A stretch of DNA of 64,000 nt from an uncultured Gammaproteobacteria bacterium (GTDB lineage: Bacteria; Pseudomonadota; Gammaproteobacteria; CAYNNN01), in the NCBI GenBank assembly GCA_964398665.1, contig CAYNNN010000003.1:55-64054 (forward strand), in the 5' to 3' direction. Shown here in pieces: positions 20,146 to 32,400 of this stretch (positions within the stretch are counted from its first letter, which is position 1; each line of letters begins with the position of its first letter). Position numbers and translations under genes: made by a program. The notes below the pieces were generated by a model. The model was not told the DNA's origin. It saw nothing but the letters and a program-made list of their open reading frames with translations, and searched no databases.

Positions 20146-21476
20146 GTTACCGCACCCTGGTGCTGGGTTTCACACTGCTGGCCGGGACGCCTGGGTGGGC
20201 GGCTGAACCCGAGCCGCTGCCGGAACCACTGACGCTGGAATGGGCCTTGAGTCGCAGTGATGCGCATCCGGGGGTAGCATTGGCCCAGGCCGAGCAGGAC
20301 GGAGCCGTGGCCCGGACCCGGCGGGTAGTTGCCGATACGGCCTGGAATCTGGAGGCCGAAGCCCGGTTACGCTACATAGACCCGAATCCGACTGCGCCAG
20401 ATGCCCGCTCTGAAGACCACCAGCTGGGTTTGCGGCTGAGCAAAACTTTGTATGATTTTGGCCGTAGCACGTATGCCCGTGAGGCGGCCAGTGCCCGCCA
20501 GCAAAGTGCTACCTATCAACTGACTGACCGTGCAAACACCCAGCGTCTGGAGGTGATGGAACGGTTTCTGGCAGTGCTGTTGGCTGACCTGGCGGATGCC
20601 AGTACGGATGAGGCGATGGCCGTGGCCTATGTGGAACTGGATCGCCTGCGCCAGCGCCGGGAACTGGGTCAGGTGGACGAAGTGACGTTGCTGGCCAAGG
20701 AAGCCGCCTACCAGACCCTGCGTACTGAGCGCGTCCGTGCTCAACATGCCCGTCAGGCCAGCCGTACCCGGTTAGCACTGACCTTGGGTCACACGGGCGC
20801 TTTGCCGGCCACTTTGACGCCCCCGCCCCTGCTGGATTTGCAACGCCCCCTGCCGCCGGTGCCTACTGCCTGGTTGGCCCAGGCTCAAGCTCAAAATCCG
20901 GTTCTACAGGCATTGCAGGCCCAACTGGCGGCCAGTACGGCGGCCAGGGCAGCCGCACGCGCTGAGGTTCAGCCGACCGTGCGGGCTGAAGTCGAAGCCT
21001 ATACCTATACCCGTGACCTTTCGGGGCGGGATGAGTTTCGGGCGGGTCTGGTGCTGCAAGTACCCCTGTTGACCGGTGGTCGGGTGGATGCCCTGGCTGC
21101 CGAGCGCGAGGCCGAACGCCAAAGTGCTGCCGCCCGCCTGCAGCAGCGCCAGCTGGAAGTTCGTCAGCAACTGACCGAACATTGGCTGGCCTTACAAGGC
21201 TTGCGGGCCGAACATGAAGCCCTGCAAGCCGGGATGCGCTATCGGGATCGCTACCTGGACCGCAGCCGCACCCGCTACGAGATGGAAGTGCAGGCCGACC
21301 TGGGTGATGCAATGGTACAGATTGCCCAGCAAAAATTGCAGCTTGCGCAAAATGAATATGCCCAGTTGCATACTTGGGCCAAATTGGACGCACTCCTAGG
21401 CTATCCTGTCTGGGATGCCGCCCGGCTTGATCCTGTCCCTGCCGTATCCGGGAGTACCGATGTCAAAACGCCTTAG
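20142..21476 (+). CDS. TolC-family outer membrane efflux protein (OMF)
   Basis: Signal peptide, two repeated alpha/beta OEP halves, 444 aa; stop overlaps next start. Confidence 0.8.
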   Translation: MSYRTLVLGFTLLAGTPGWAAEPEPLPEPLTLEWALSRSDAHPGVALAQAEQDGAVARTRRVVADTAWNLEAEARLRYIDPNPTAPDARSEDHQLGLRLSKTLYDFGRSTYAREAASARQQSATYQLTDRANTQRLEVMERFLAVLLADLADASTDEAMAVAYVELDRLRQRRELGQVDEVTLLAKEAAYQTLRTERVRAQHARQASRTRLALTLGHTGALPATLTPPPLLDLQRPLPPVPTAWLAQAQAQNPVLQALQAQLAASTAARAAARAEVQPTVRAEVEAYTYTRDLSGRDEFRAGLVLQVPLLTGGRVDALAAEREAERQSAAARLQQRQLEVRQQLTEHWLALQGLRAEHEALQAGMRYRDRYLDRSRTRYEMEVQADLGDAMVQIAQQKLQLAQNEYAQLHTWAKLDALLGYPVWDAARLDPVPAVSGSTDVKTP

Positions 21477-22218
21477 CCCCGTTGTCCCGATGCTGGTGGC
21501 TGCGCTGATGCAGTCAGCAGTCGGTGCTGAAGTCGAGGCCCGATTGAACTGGCTGGAGCGTGTGGATCTGGCGCCGTTGGTGTCGGGTCAGGTCAGTAGT
21601 CTCAAGGTCCAGCCCGGTAGTCGGGTCCAAAAGGGCCAGATTCTGTTGACCCTGGATCCCCGACCCTTTCAGGCCCGCCTCCAGGCAGCTACAGCGGAAC
21701 TGACCCGCAGCCGTGAGGTGGCCGCCGAGGCCCAGCGCGAGCAGACACGTGCCCAGCAGCTTTATGACAAGATGCTGAGTTCAGACCATGATCTGCAAAG
21801 TGCCAAGCTGGCTGCCGCCCAGGCTGCAGCAGCGCATCAGGCCGCGCAGGCGCAACTCACCCAGGCACAACTGGAACAGGAATATGGCAGCCTCAAAGCG
21901 CCGTTTGCCGGGGTGGTGGTCGCAGTACAAACCGCTGTGGGTCAGGCAGTCGTCAGCCAGTGGCAGGCTACCCCGTTATTGACTGTGGCCCGGGCCGATG
22001 CTTTGTTGGCCCGGGCGGTCGTACCACTGGCACAGCTGGAGTCCTTGCAGGTCGGGCAGAATCTGCCCCTGCGCTGGGGCACCCGGCTGCTGACCGCACA
22101 AGTGCGCCACCTGGGGCTGGAACCGGTGGCCGGGGGTTATGTGCTGGAAGTTCAAGTGACGGTGCCCGCAGGCGTGACGCCTCGGGTGGGGGAAAGCGTT
22201 TATCTGGAGTTACCGTAA
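21460..22218 (+). CDS. short periplasmic adaptor (HlyD/MFP family), signal-peptide type
   Basis: MSKRLSPVVPMLVAALMQSAVGA signal; lipoyl-like, coiled-coil and beta-barrel segments; 252 aa; GGAG RBS; ATG 21460. Confidence 0.7.
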   Translation: MSKRLSPVVPMLVAALMQSAVGAEVEARLNWLERVDLAPLVSGQVSSLKVQPGSRVQKGQILLTLDPRPFQARLQAATAELTRSREVAAEAQREQTRAQQLYDKMLSSDHDLQSAKLAAAQAAAAHQAAQAQLTQAQLEQEYGSLKAPFAGVVVAVQTAVGQAVVSQWQATPLLTVARADALLARAVVPLAQLESLQVGQNLPLRWGTRLLTAQVRHLGLEPVAGGYVLEVQVTVPAGVTPRVGESVYLELP

Positions 22219-22524
22219 ATGATGATGCAGAAAGTGATGCCTCAGGGGATCAAGATTTGCCTGCACTGCCTGGTCGGGGGCAAGGTGCAGGGCGTGTTCT
22301 ATCGGGCAGCGGCGCGGGAACAGGCGACCCGGCTGGGGGTGACGGGCTGGATCCGCAACCGCGTTGATGGTTCAGTGGAGCTGCTGGCCTGCGGGGAGCG
22401 CGAAGCCGTGCGCCAATTTCAGGACTGGCTGCGGGTCGGGCCACCTCAGGCACGGGTCAGCAGTGTAGCCTGCGAGTCGGCCGATTATCAGGAGCTGGAT
22501 AATTTTCATGTGGATCGCGGATGA
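22219..22524 (+). CDS. acyP: acylphosphatase
   Basis: VGGKVQGVFYRAAAREQATRLGVTGWIRNRVDGSVE acylphosphatase signature; starts immediately after adaptor stop (TAAATG). Confidence 0.85.
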   Translation: MMMQKVMPQGIKICLHCLVGGKVQGVFYRAAAREQATRLGVTGWIRNRVDGSVELLACGEREAVRQFQDWLRVGPPQARVSSVACESADYQELDNFHVDRG

Positions 22525-24299
22525 ACCTGCTGGCGAACACCGAACACAAGCTGGGCTTGAATGAATTGCTGGACGGTCTGCTGGCCGAGGGCTTTATCAC
22601 GCCGCCTCAGGCGGAGAAAATACGTCCTAAAAACGGTGAACGCCTCAGCCTGCATCCTCTGGTGATCCTTGCTAATCAGGGTTGGACCCATCCCCAGCAG
22701 TCGACCCAGAAACTGCATCTGGAATTTCTCACCCAGTGGCTGGCCACCTGGTCGGGCTTGCCTTATGTGCGCATTGACCCGCTGAAAATCGATGTTACGG
22801 CGGTCACCAGTGTTATTTCCAGAGCCTATGCGGCGCGGTTCAACATTCTGCCGGTGGAGGTCGAGGGCGGTAGCCGAGTGGTGATCGCCACGGCGGAGCC
22901 ATTTATTCAGGAATGGCAGCAGGAACTGGAACGCATGTTGCGCCTGCAAATTGAGCGGGTGATCGCCAATCCTATCGAAATCAGCCGCTATCTCAACGAA
23001 TTTTACGGCCTGAGCCATTCCTTGCGCCGGGCTACGGCAGAAAAGGCCAAGGATGAAATCGTCGGGCTGGCAAATTTTGAGCAGCTGATTGAGCTGGGCA
23101 AGGCTGGCAAGCTGGACGCCAATGATCAGCATATCGTCCATATCGTGGACTGGCTGTTGCAATATGCCTTCGATCAACGGGCCAGTGACATTCACATCGA
23201 ACCCCGGCGTGACCAGGGCAATATCCGGTTTCGCATTGACGGCCTGCTGCATCTGGTCAATCAGATCCCTACTCCGGTCATGGCTGCTGTCACCAGCCGC
23301 ATCAAGGCCATTGGCCGGATGGACGTGATTGAAAAACGCCGTCCGCAAGATGGCCGCCTGAAAACCCGTACCCCCAATGGCAATGAAGTGGAAATCCGGA
23401 TTTCTTCCATGCCAACCGCCTTCGGGGAGAAATTCGTACTGCGTATCTTTGACCCGGAAGTACTGTTCAAAAGCTTGAGTCAGCTTGGTTTCAGTGGCCG
23501 GGATAAGGAACGTTGGCACCAGATGACCCGCCGCCCTCACGGCGTGATTCTGGTGACGGGGCCAACCGGTTCGGGGAAAACTTCGACGCTATACTCCACG
23601 CTCAAGCAGTTGGCCACCCCGGAAGTCAATGTCTGCACCATTGAAGATCCGATCGAAAATATCGTGCCTCAATTCAATCAGATGCAGGTACTCACCAATA
23701 TCGGGGTGGACTTCGCTACCGGGGTGCGTACCCTGCTGCGTCAGGACCCCGATATCATCATGGTGGGGGAAATCCGTGACAAGGACACCGCCGAGATGGC
23801 GATTCAGGCCGCCCTGACCGGGCATCTGGTGTTCTCCACCCTGCATACCAACGATGCGGCAGCGGCGCTTACCCGGCTGCTGGACTTGGGGGCGCCGGCC
23901 TATTTGCTCAATGCCACGTTGATCGGGGTGCTGGCTCAGCGTCTGGTGCGGGTGTTATGTCCGCATTGCAAGAAAACTGCCGAACCCGACCTTGCAGCCT
24001 GGGAGGCACTGATCCATCCGCTAAAACTGCCTCCGCCACGGCAGGTTGGCGTCAAGGTCGGTTGCGCCGAATGCCGCAATACGGGCTATCGGGGCCGGAC
24101 AGGGCTGTATGAAATGTTGGCCATGACTCCCAACCTGCGCAGGCGAGTGCATGAAGGCTGCGATTTGGCCGACCTGCGCAGGCAGGCATTGCAAGATGGT
24201 ATGGAAAACCTGCGCCTGAGCGGAGCACGTAAGGTGTATGCCGGGATTACCACGCTGGAGGAGATTTTCGACGTGGCTCCGGCTGCCGAGGAGCTGTAG
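22521..24299 (+). CDS. GspE/PilB-family secretion ATPase with N-terminal T2SSE_N (MshEN-like) domain and C-terminal CxxC...CxxC zinc motif
   Basis: N-terminal domain LPYVRIDPLKIDVTAV...; Walker A GPTGSGKTSTLYSTL; Walker B DPDIIMVGEIRD; CPHCKK...CAECRNTG; ATGA overlap with acyP. Confidence 0.85.
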   Translation: MNLLANTEHKLGLNELLDGLLAEGFITPPQAEKIRPKNGERLSLHPLVILANQGWTHPQQSTQKLHLEFLTQWLATWSGLPYVRIDPLKIDVTAVTSVISRAYAARFNILPVEVEGGSRVVIATAEPFIQEWQQELERMLRLQIERVIANPIEISRYLNEFYGLSHSLRRATAEKAKDEIVGLANFEQLIELGKAGKLDANDQHIVHIVDWLLQYAFDQRASDIHIEPRRDQGNIRFRIDGLLHLVNQIPTPVMAAVTSRIKAIGRMDVIEKRRPQDGRLKTRTPNGNEVEIRISSMPTAFGEKFVLRIFDPEVLFKSLSQLGFSGRDKERWHQMTRRPHGVILVTGPTGSGKTSTLYSTLKQLATPEVNVCTIEDPIENIVPQFNQMQVLTNIGVDFATGVRTLLRQDPDIIMVGEIRDKDTAEMAIQAALTGHLVFSTLHTNDAAAALTRLLDLGAPAYLLNATLIGVLAQRLVRVLCPHCKKTAEPDLAAWEALIHPLKLPPPRQVGVKVGCAECRNTGYRGRTGLYEMLAMTPNLRRRVHEGCDLADLRRQALQDGMENLRLSGARKVYAGITTLEEIFDVAPAAEEL

Positions 24300-24442
24300 C
24301 GGTTATCGCTTGATTATGTCAGTACGGGCTTATCGTTATCCTGTACTTGCACCCAACGTGGCAGTTTGTGCCGGGCGCGTTGGCTACTCCCAAACGCGGC
24401 GTTGTTCCTGCCAGGCCTGGAATGCGCGCCTGCATCCCGCAA

Positions 24443-24862
24443 TCACGCTGCGGGCAGAATTTCGTAGCTGTGCGTGAGTTGCGCCGTTGCCCCCAGCATG
24501 ATCGAGGCCGAGCAGTACTTTTCACTGGACAGCTTGATGGCGCGTTCCACCACTGCCGGGGTCAAGGTCGGCCCGGCCAGGCGATAGTGAACGTGAATTT
24601 TGGTAAACACCTTGGGTACTTGGTCGGCGCGTTCCCCGGTCACTTCCAGACTGAACCGGGTCAGGGTCTGGCGACTTTTTTGCAGGATGGTCACGATGTC
24701 AATCCCGGTGCAGCCCCCAAGGCCCAACAAGAGCATTTCCATCGGGCGCATGCCCAGATTTTGCCCACCCAGGTCAGGCGGGCCGTCGATGGCCACACAA
24801 TGACCGCTTTCGGTCTGGCCTAGAAACAGGAGCTGGTCTTGCCAACGTAACTGCATTTTCAT
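24443..24862 (-). CDS. OsmC/Ohr-family peroxiredoxin-like protein
   Basis: 139 aa, LLLGLGGCTGIDIV... OsmC fold with two conserved Cys; 10 nt downstream of ureC. Confidence 0.8.
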   Translation of the reverse strand: MKMQLRWQDQLLFLGQTESGHCVAIDGPPDLGGQNLGMRPMEMLLLGLGGCTGIDIVTILQKSRQTLTRFSLEVTGERADQVPKVFTKIHVHYRLAGPTLTPAVVERAIKLSSEKYCSASIMLGATAQLTHSYEILPAA

Positions 24863-24871
24863 GTTGCGTCC

Positions 24872-26575
<1,704 letters not shown>

Positions 26576-26583
26576 GCGGCCTC

Positions 26584-26907
26584 CTACAATGCACCCATGA
26601 TCTGGCCCTGAAAGCCATAAACCTGGCGCGCCCCGGCCAGCGCGACCAATTCGACGGTGCGCGTCTGGCCTGGCTCAAAACGCACCGCAGTACCCGCCGG
26701 GATATTGAGCCGAAACCCACGTGCCTGGGCACGGTCAAAGTGCAAGGCATTATTAGTCTCAAGGAAATGATAATGCGAACCGACCTGGATGGGCCGATCG
26801 CCCAGATTGGCGACTGTCAGGGTGCGCGTCTCCCGCCCGGCGTTGAGTTCAATGTCACCGGCGGCGACCAGGATTTGTCCTGGAATGAACTGCGTGGATG
26901 TTGACAT
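26584..26907 (-). CDS. ureB: urease subunit beta
   Basis: [50 protein letters not shown]...; ATG at 26907; track ORF starts further upstream. Confidence 0.9.
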   Translation of the reverse strand: MSTSTQFIPGQILVAAGDIELNAGRETRTLTVANLGDRPIQVGSHYHFLETNNALHFDRAQARGFRLNIPAGTAVRFEPGQTRTVELVALAGARQVYGFQGQIMGAL

Positions 26908-26917
26908 GGTGGGGCCT

Positions 26918-27220
26918 TTAGCGAATGGGGTCATGGACGGTGACGAGCTTGGTGCCGTCGGGGAACGTGGCTTCAATCTGCACCTCGTGGAGCATTTCTG
27001 CAATGCCCGCCATGACCTCGTTTTGGGTCAGCAAGGTGCGCCCATAATCCATCAGTTCGGCAACGCTGCGCCCGTCACGGGCACCTTCCAGCAGCGCACA
27101 ACTGATATAGGCCACCGCCTCGGGATAATTCAGTTTCAGACCTCTAGCCTTGCGCCGTTCGGCCAGCAGTCCGGCAGTAAAGAGCAGCAGCTTGTCTTTC
27201 TCACGGGGGGTCAATTCCAT
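26918..27220 (-). CDS. ureA: urease subunit gamma
   Basis: [40 protein letters not shown]... 100 aa. Confidence 0.93.
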   Translation of the reverse strand: MELTPREKDKLLLFTAGLLAERRKARGLKLNYPEAVAYISCALLEGARDGRSVAELMDYGRTLLTQNEVMAGIAEMLHEVQIEATFPDGTKLVTVHDPIR

Positions 27221-27612
27221 CGGAATACCTCAATACTTGGAAGCAACTGTCCTGGTTCCTGGCCTTAGCTGTAGCGGCCAGGGGGCACGACTGCCGCCCG
27301 CTGGGCCAAGGCCGGACGCAATATACCCGCCACAGGGCACACAACAACTGCTGCGCCGGGGCCGTATCGTGGCTTAAATAGCGTACCATCAGCACCCCTG
27401 CAACCTCCAGCCGCCGGGATGTTCTACCCTTGATGCGGCCTTGACCGGGGTGGCGCCTGCGGACCGCGTGCAACTGACGCTGCGCATTCGTGCTGCAAGC
27501 TTCCGGTGCGCACATCCAGGTCAGCAACGCAGCGGACTTTCAGCCCAAAAGCTGGTAGGCCAGCGGACGCCTCCCGCCGGCGGATTGCCCCCGCGCCCTT
27601 CATGCGGCGCTA

Positions 27613-29427
27613 TTACGATCTTTCGATGTGCGCCTGATACGCCCGCCAGCCCCCCAAGTGCGTAATATCCGCCGCACTTGCCAGCGCAGTCGGCTCGCAA
27701 ATAAACCCACTGTACCAACGCCCATCCGCCAGTTCCACCTTGCCAATCCCCAGCGGTGCGGGAATACCCGCCACAAACGAGCCGAATTGCGCGGTGGGCA
27801 AACGCCAGATTTCCACCTCAATCGCCGCGCCATTGGCTTCATCCCGTACCATGCCGGGGCGGAACGGTGGGCCACCTGCCAGTGCGTACAAGCGGTAACA
27901 GGCAGCACTGTATGTTTTTGCTACCAACTCCCCACCGCGCTCGGTTAGTTGCCAATTGAGCGGCAACCCTTGCAAGTGTGCGCCGCATACCACGACTTCG
28001 ATGCGGTCATCTACCCCCGCTGCCTTGGCTGATGACGGCGGCAATGTCTGTCCCGTTGCCCCCAGCGGCAATTGCAAGGCTTGTTGCCAACGGTTGGCAA
28101 GGCTCAGTAAGCGGTTGTCGCTAAAGGCGCGGGAAAACAGCGTCACCCCAAACGGCAAACCGTTTTCCAGAAAACCCGCAGGCATTGCCACTGCGGAACA
28201 ATCCAGCAAATTCATGAAGTTGGTGTAATACCCCAAATGGCTGTTAAGGCGGATCGGGTCGGCATCCACTTCGGCGATGGTATAGAGCGTCCCGGCTGTG
28301 GGCGTGAACAGGCAATCGAAATGCTCTAGCAACGGCTGTACTTGTTGGTAATACGCCTGCAATTGATATTGCGCCCGAAACACATCCTCTGCTCGCGCCT
28401 CCGCCTGACTGGCAAGGATGTCGCGGATCACCGGCAGCATGGCAGCGGCATCAACCCCTGCGGTAGCAATCCGCCGTTCCGCCACCCACGGGCCTTCGTA
28501 CAGCAGCTTTGCCGCTTGCAGGAACGGGGTAAAATCCACCCGCTGGCATTCGCCGCCCAACTGTTCCAATGTCTCCACCGTCGCCGCAAAACAGGCTTGC
28601 GCACTGGCATTGCCAAAAAATTGAAGTTGCTCGTCCTGCGGGATGGCAAAGCGGAAAGTGGATTTAGCAGGCACACCGTCATTACGCCGATTGGTGTCAC
28701 GGTTAGGGCGGGCAAACGCATCCTGTGCATCAAACTGTGCAGCAATATCAAATACCTGTGCTGCATCATCCGTGGTGGTGGCAAAAATACTCACGCAATC
28801 CAGACTACGGCAGGCAGGTACAACCCCGTGTGTACTCAACAAGCCCTTGCTGGGTTTCAAGCCGACAATATTGTTGAATGCCGCAGGCACTCGCCCCGAA
28901 CCGGCGGTATCTGTCCCCAAGGCAAACGTCACCAGACCCAATGCCACTGCCACCGCCGAACCGGAACTCGACCCACCGGAAATATACGCAGGGTTGAAAC
29001 TGTTGCGGCACGCCCCCCACGGCGAACGCACCCCCACCAGTCCTGTGGCAAACTGATCCAGATTGGTCTTGCCCAAGGGAATCGCTCCCGCCTTGAGCAA
29101 TTGCGCCACCACAAACGCATCGTCGGACGGTACGTAAGCAAACTCGGCACACCCCGCCGTGGTCGGGATTCCGGCAAGGTCGATATTGTCCTTGATTGCA
29201 AACGGCACGCCGTACAAGGGCAAGGTATCCGGGCTATGCCCCTCCAGCGCATCCAGATAGGGCTGGAGTTGCGCACGGCTCAGGCGCGTGATCCAGACAT
29301 TGTGTGCGGCATAGCTTTCACAACGAAGCAGCAATTCATCCAGCAATTGCGCTGGCGTTAATGTGCCACTGCGATAGGCCGCCTGAAGTGCCACAATGGT
29401 CATGTTCAGTTGGGAAAAATCCATCAC
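27613..29427 (-). CDS. atzF: allophanate hydrolase (amidase-signature family)
   Basis: 604 aa, GGSSSGSAVAVALG...GTDTAGSGRVPAAF amidase signature plus AtzF C-terminal domain; overlaps carboxylase stop. Confidence 0.85.
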   Translation of the reverse strand: MMDFSQLNMTIVALQAAYRSGTLTPAQLLDELLLRCESYAAHNVWITRLSRAQLQPYLDALEGHSPDTLPLYGVPFAIKDNIDLAGIPTTAGCAEFAYVPSDDAFVVAQLLKAGAIPLGKTNLDQFATGLVGVRSPWGACRNSFNPAYISGGSSSGSAVAVALGLVTFALGTDTAGSGRVPAAFNNIVGLKPSKGLLSTHGVVPACRSLDCVSIFATTTDDAAQVFDIAAQFDAQDAFARPNRDTNRRNDGVPAKSTFRFAIPQDEQLQFFGNASAQACFAATVETLEQLGGECQRVDFTPFLQAAKLLYEGPWVAERRIATAGVDAAAMLPVIRDILASQAEARAEDVFRAQYQLQAYYQQVQPLLEHFDCLFTPTAGTLYTIAEVDADPIRLNSHLGYYTNFMNLLDCSAVAMPAGFLENGLPFGVTLFSRAFSDNRLLSLANRWQQALQLPLGATGQTLPPSSAKAAGVDDRIEVVVCGAHLQGLPLNWQLTERGGELVAKTYSAACYRLYALAGGPPFRPGMVRDEANGAAIEVEIWRLPTAQFGSFVAGIPAPLGIGKVELADGRWYSGFICEPTALASAADITHLGGWRAYQAHIERS

Positions 29428-32400
29428 ACCACCTCCAGAACCAGTAAACGTTCACCCGCCGCCACTTGCGCCCCCGCCTGACGCTGGATGGATAACACCA
29501 CCCCGTCGCAAGGGGCTTCCAGTTTGATTTCCATTTTCATCGCCTCCAGTATCAGCAAGGTATCGCCTGTTTTGACCGTCATACCCGGTTCGACCAGCAC
29601 TTGCCAGATGGAACAGGCTAAGGGGCTATCCACTGCGGTGTGGTGCGCATCCAGCGTTTCGCGTTCGGCTTCGGTGTTTCTGGCTTGTGATTCGCTTTCA
29701 AAATGGAATTGCCCGCTGTCGATCCAGTGCTGCAATTCGGTGTCAAACGCCGCCTGCCGTTGTGCCGTGAACGTAGCAATGTCGGCACGGTGTTGTTCCA
29801 GCATGGCGTTGTAGTCACGCAGGCTGAACGTGGTTTCCTCAATCTTCAGCGGGTAACGCCCGTGCGGGAAATCCTGCCGGATACGCTGCAATTCCTCGTG
29901 GCTGACTGCAAAGAAACGGATTTGGTCGAAAAAGCGCAACAGCCACGGTTGGGTAAACTCGCGGGTCTGGCGGTAACGGTTCCACATTTGCAAGGTACGC
30001 CCGACAAACTGGTAGCCACCGGGGCCTTCCATGCCGTAGACGCACAGGTAAGAGCCGCCGATACCGACCGAGTTTTCCGCCGTCCAAGTCCTTGCCGGGT
30101 TGTATTTGGTCGTCACCAGCCGATGGCGCGGGTCAAGTGGCGTGGCAACGGGTGCGCCCAGATACACATCGCCCAAGCCCATTACCAGATAGCTGGCTGC
30201 AAACACGATGCGCTTTACCGCGTCGAGGGAATCCAGCCCGTTGATACGGCGGATGAATTCGATATTGCTCGGACACCACGGCGCATCCTTGCGCACCGAT
30301 TGCTGGTATTTGGCGATGGCTTCATGGCAAGCCACGTCATCCCACGACAGCGGCAGGTGGACGATGCGGGCAGGCACTTGCATGTCCTCAATGCCTTGCA
30401 GCGCGTGTTCCGCCCGTTCCAGCCATGCCAGCAACGCCTCCACAGACAAGGTTTGGCTATCGTAGTGCACTTGCAGCGAACGGATGCCGGGGGTGAGTTC
30501 GCGCACGCCTTCGATTTGCTGTTCCTGTAACCACAGCATCAGCGCATGGACGCGGAAGCGCAGGTTGATGTCCAGCACCATCTCGCCGTATTCGACCAGC
30601 AGGTAGTGGTCGCCGCAGGGGCGGTAGGTAACACCAACGGGATGTTGGGCGGGGGAAATGGCTTTGAGAATAGGCGTTGTAGGTCGGGCTTCAGCCCGAC
30701 TTGTCGGACTAAAGTCCGACCCACAAGGTAGCAAATCGCCCAGGCTGGCAGTTTGCGCCCGCTCCAACGCGACCGCTTCTGCCAGCGTCACTGGCACAAA
30801 CCGCACCTTATCGCCTGCGCGTAGCTGCCCCAGTTTCCACAATTCCGCCGTGATGACCGTCGCGGGGCAAACAAAGCCGCCGAGGGACGGCCCATCTGGC
30901 CCCAGAATCACGGGCATATCGCCGGTAAAATCAATCGTACCCACCGCATAGGCATTGTCGTGCAAGTTGGACGGGTGCATCCCCGCTTCGCCGCCATCGG
31001 AACGCGCCCATTGCGGCTTGGGGCCAATCAGGCGGATGCCGGTACGGCTGGAGTTGTAATGCACCTCCCAATCGGTGGCAAAGAAGGTGTCGATGTCTTG
31101 CGCCGTAAAGAAATCCGGCGCACCGTGCGGCCCGTAGATGACCTTGATGTCCCAATGTGGCGTGATGTCCGGCAATAAATCGGTGGGCAACGGCGCAACG
31201 TCCGGCAATATTTCTCGAAAAACAGGCAGATGCAACACGTCACCCGTGCGCAGCACCCGACCTGCATGACCACCGAATTGCCCCAGCGTAAACGTGGCGC
31301 GTGAACCCAGATAAGGCGGGCATTGAAAACCACCTTGCACCAGCAAATACGCCCGTACCCCCGCCGCTTGCACCTTGCCCAGCTTCAAAACACTGCCAGC
31401 CGCCACGGGAATCACTTGCCAGAAAGGCACGGCAACGCCATCCAGCGTGGCATCCATGCACGCCCCCGTCAGTACCACACGGGTCGCGGTGTTGAAGCGT
31501 AATGCCGGGCCACTCAAGGTCATTTCCAACCCGGCACAGCCTGGCGCATTGCCCAGCAAGCGATTGCCAAGGCGAAACGACCAGTGATCGAAAGGCCCCG
31601 AAGGCGGCACACCAATGTCCCAATAGCCTTGCCGCCCCGGATAATCTTGCAAGGTGGTTTGCGTACCGGGCGTGCGTACATCCACCGTGCGCGGCTGCCA
31701 TGCCAGACTGTTGAGGTAACGGGTGGTAATTTGTCCCGCACGGAACGTAGCCGTCGCCAGCACTTGCCGCACGTAGGCGATATTGGTTTCAATGCCGTAA
31801 ATATCGGTAGCAGCCAGTGCCGCATCCAGTTGTTGACAAGCAGTCGCCCGATCCGGCGCATGGCAGATAATCTTTGCCAGCATCGGGTCAAAAAACGGCG
31901 CAACCGTCATGCCCGCTTCAATCCAGTGGTCAATACGCAAGCCCGCTGTTTGCGGGAACGCCACATGACTGAGCAACCCGGCACACGGCTGGAATTGCTT
32001 ATTCGGGTCTTCGGCGTACACACGGGTCTGGATGGCGTGCCCATTGGCGCGTAACGGTTCAGTCGGAAACACAAACTCGCCTGCGCCCAGTTCCAGCATC
32101 CAGCGCACAATGTCCACACCGTACACCTGTTCGGTAACACCATGCTCAACCTGCAAGCGGGTATTCACTTCCAGAAAATAAAACGCAGCGGTTTGCTGGT
32201 CGTAGACGAATTCCACCGTGCCAGCACTGCGGTATTGCACCGCGCTCATCAGGCGGATTGCCACCGCTTGCAGTTCCTGACGCACCGCATTCGGCAGGTT
32301 GGGGGCGGGGGTTTCTTCGATCACTTTCTGGTTACGGCGTTGCGCGGAACAATCGCGTTCGCCCAAGGCCAGCACCTTGCCCTGTCCGTCGCCGAACACC

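Noticed and set aside
22506-23540. 344-aa minus-strand ORF
   Set aside because: Antisense to the GspE-family ATPase, which has clear Walker motifs; no motifs of its own
27221-27612. 392-nt gap between atzF and ureA, checked for a second riboswitch or small gene
   Set aside because: No ykkC-like or other recognisable conserved RNA motif and no convincing ORF; retained only as a possible internal promoter region
29703-30530. 275-aa plus-strand ORF, and a similar one at 32142-33074
   Set aside because: Both lie inside and antisense to the 1202-aa carboxylase gene
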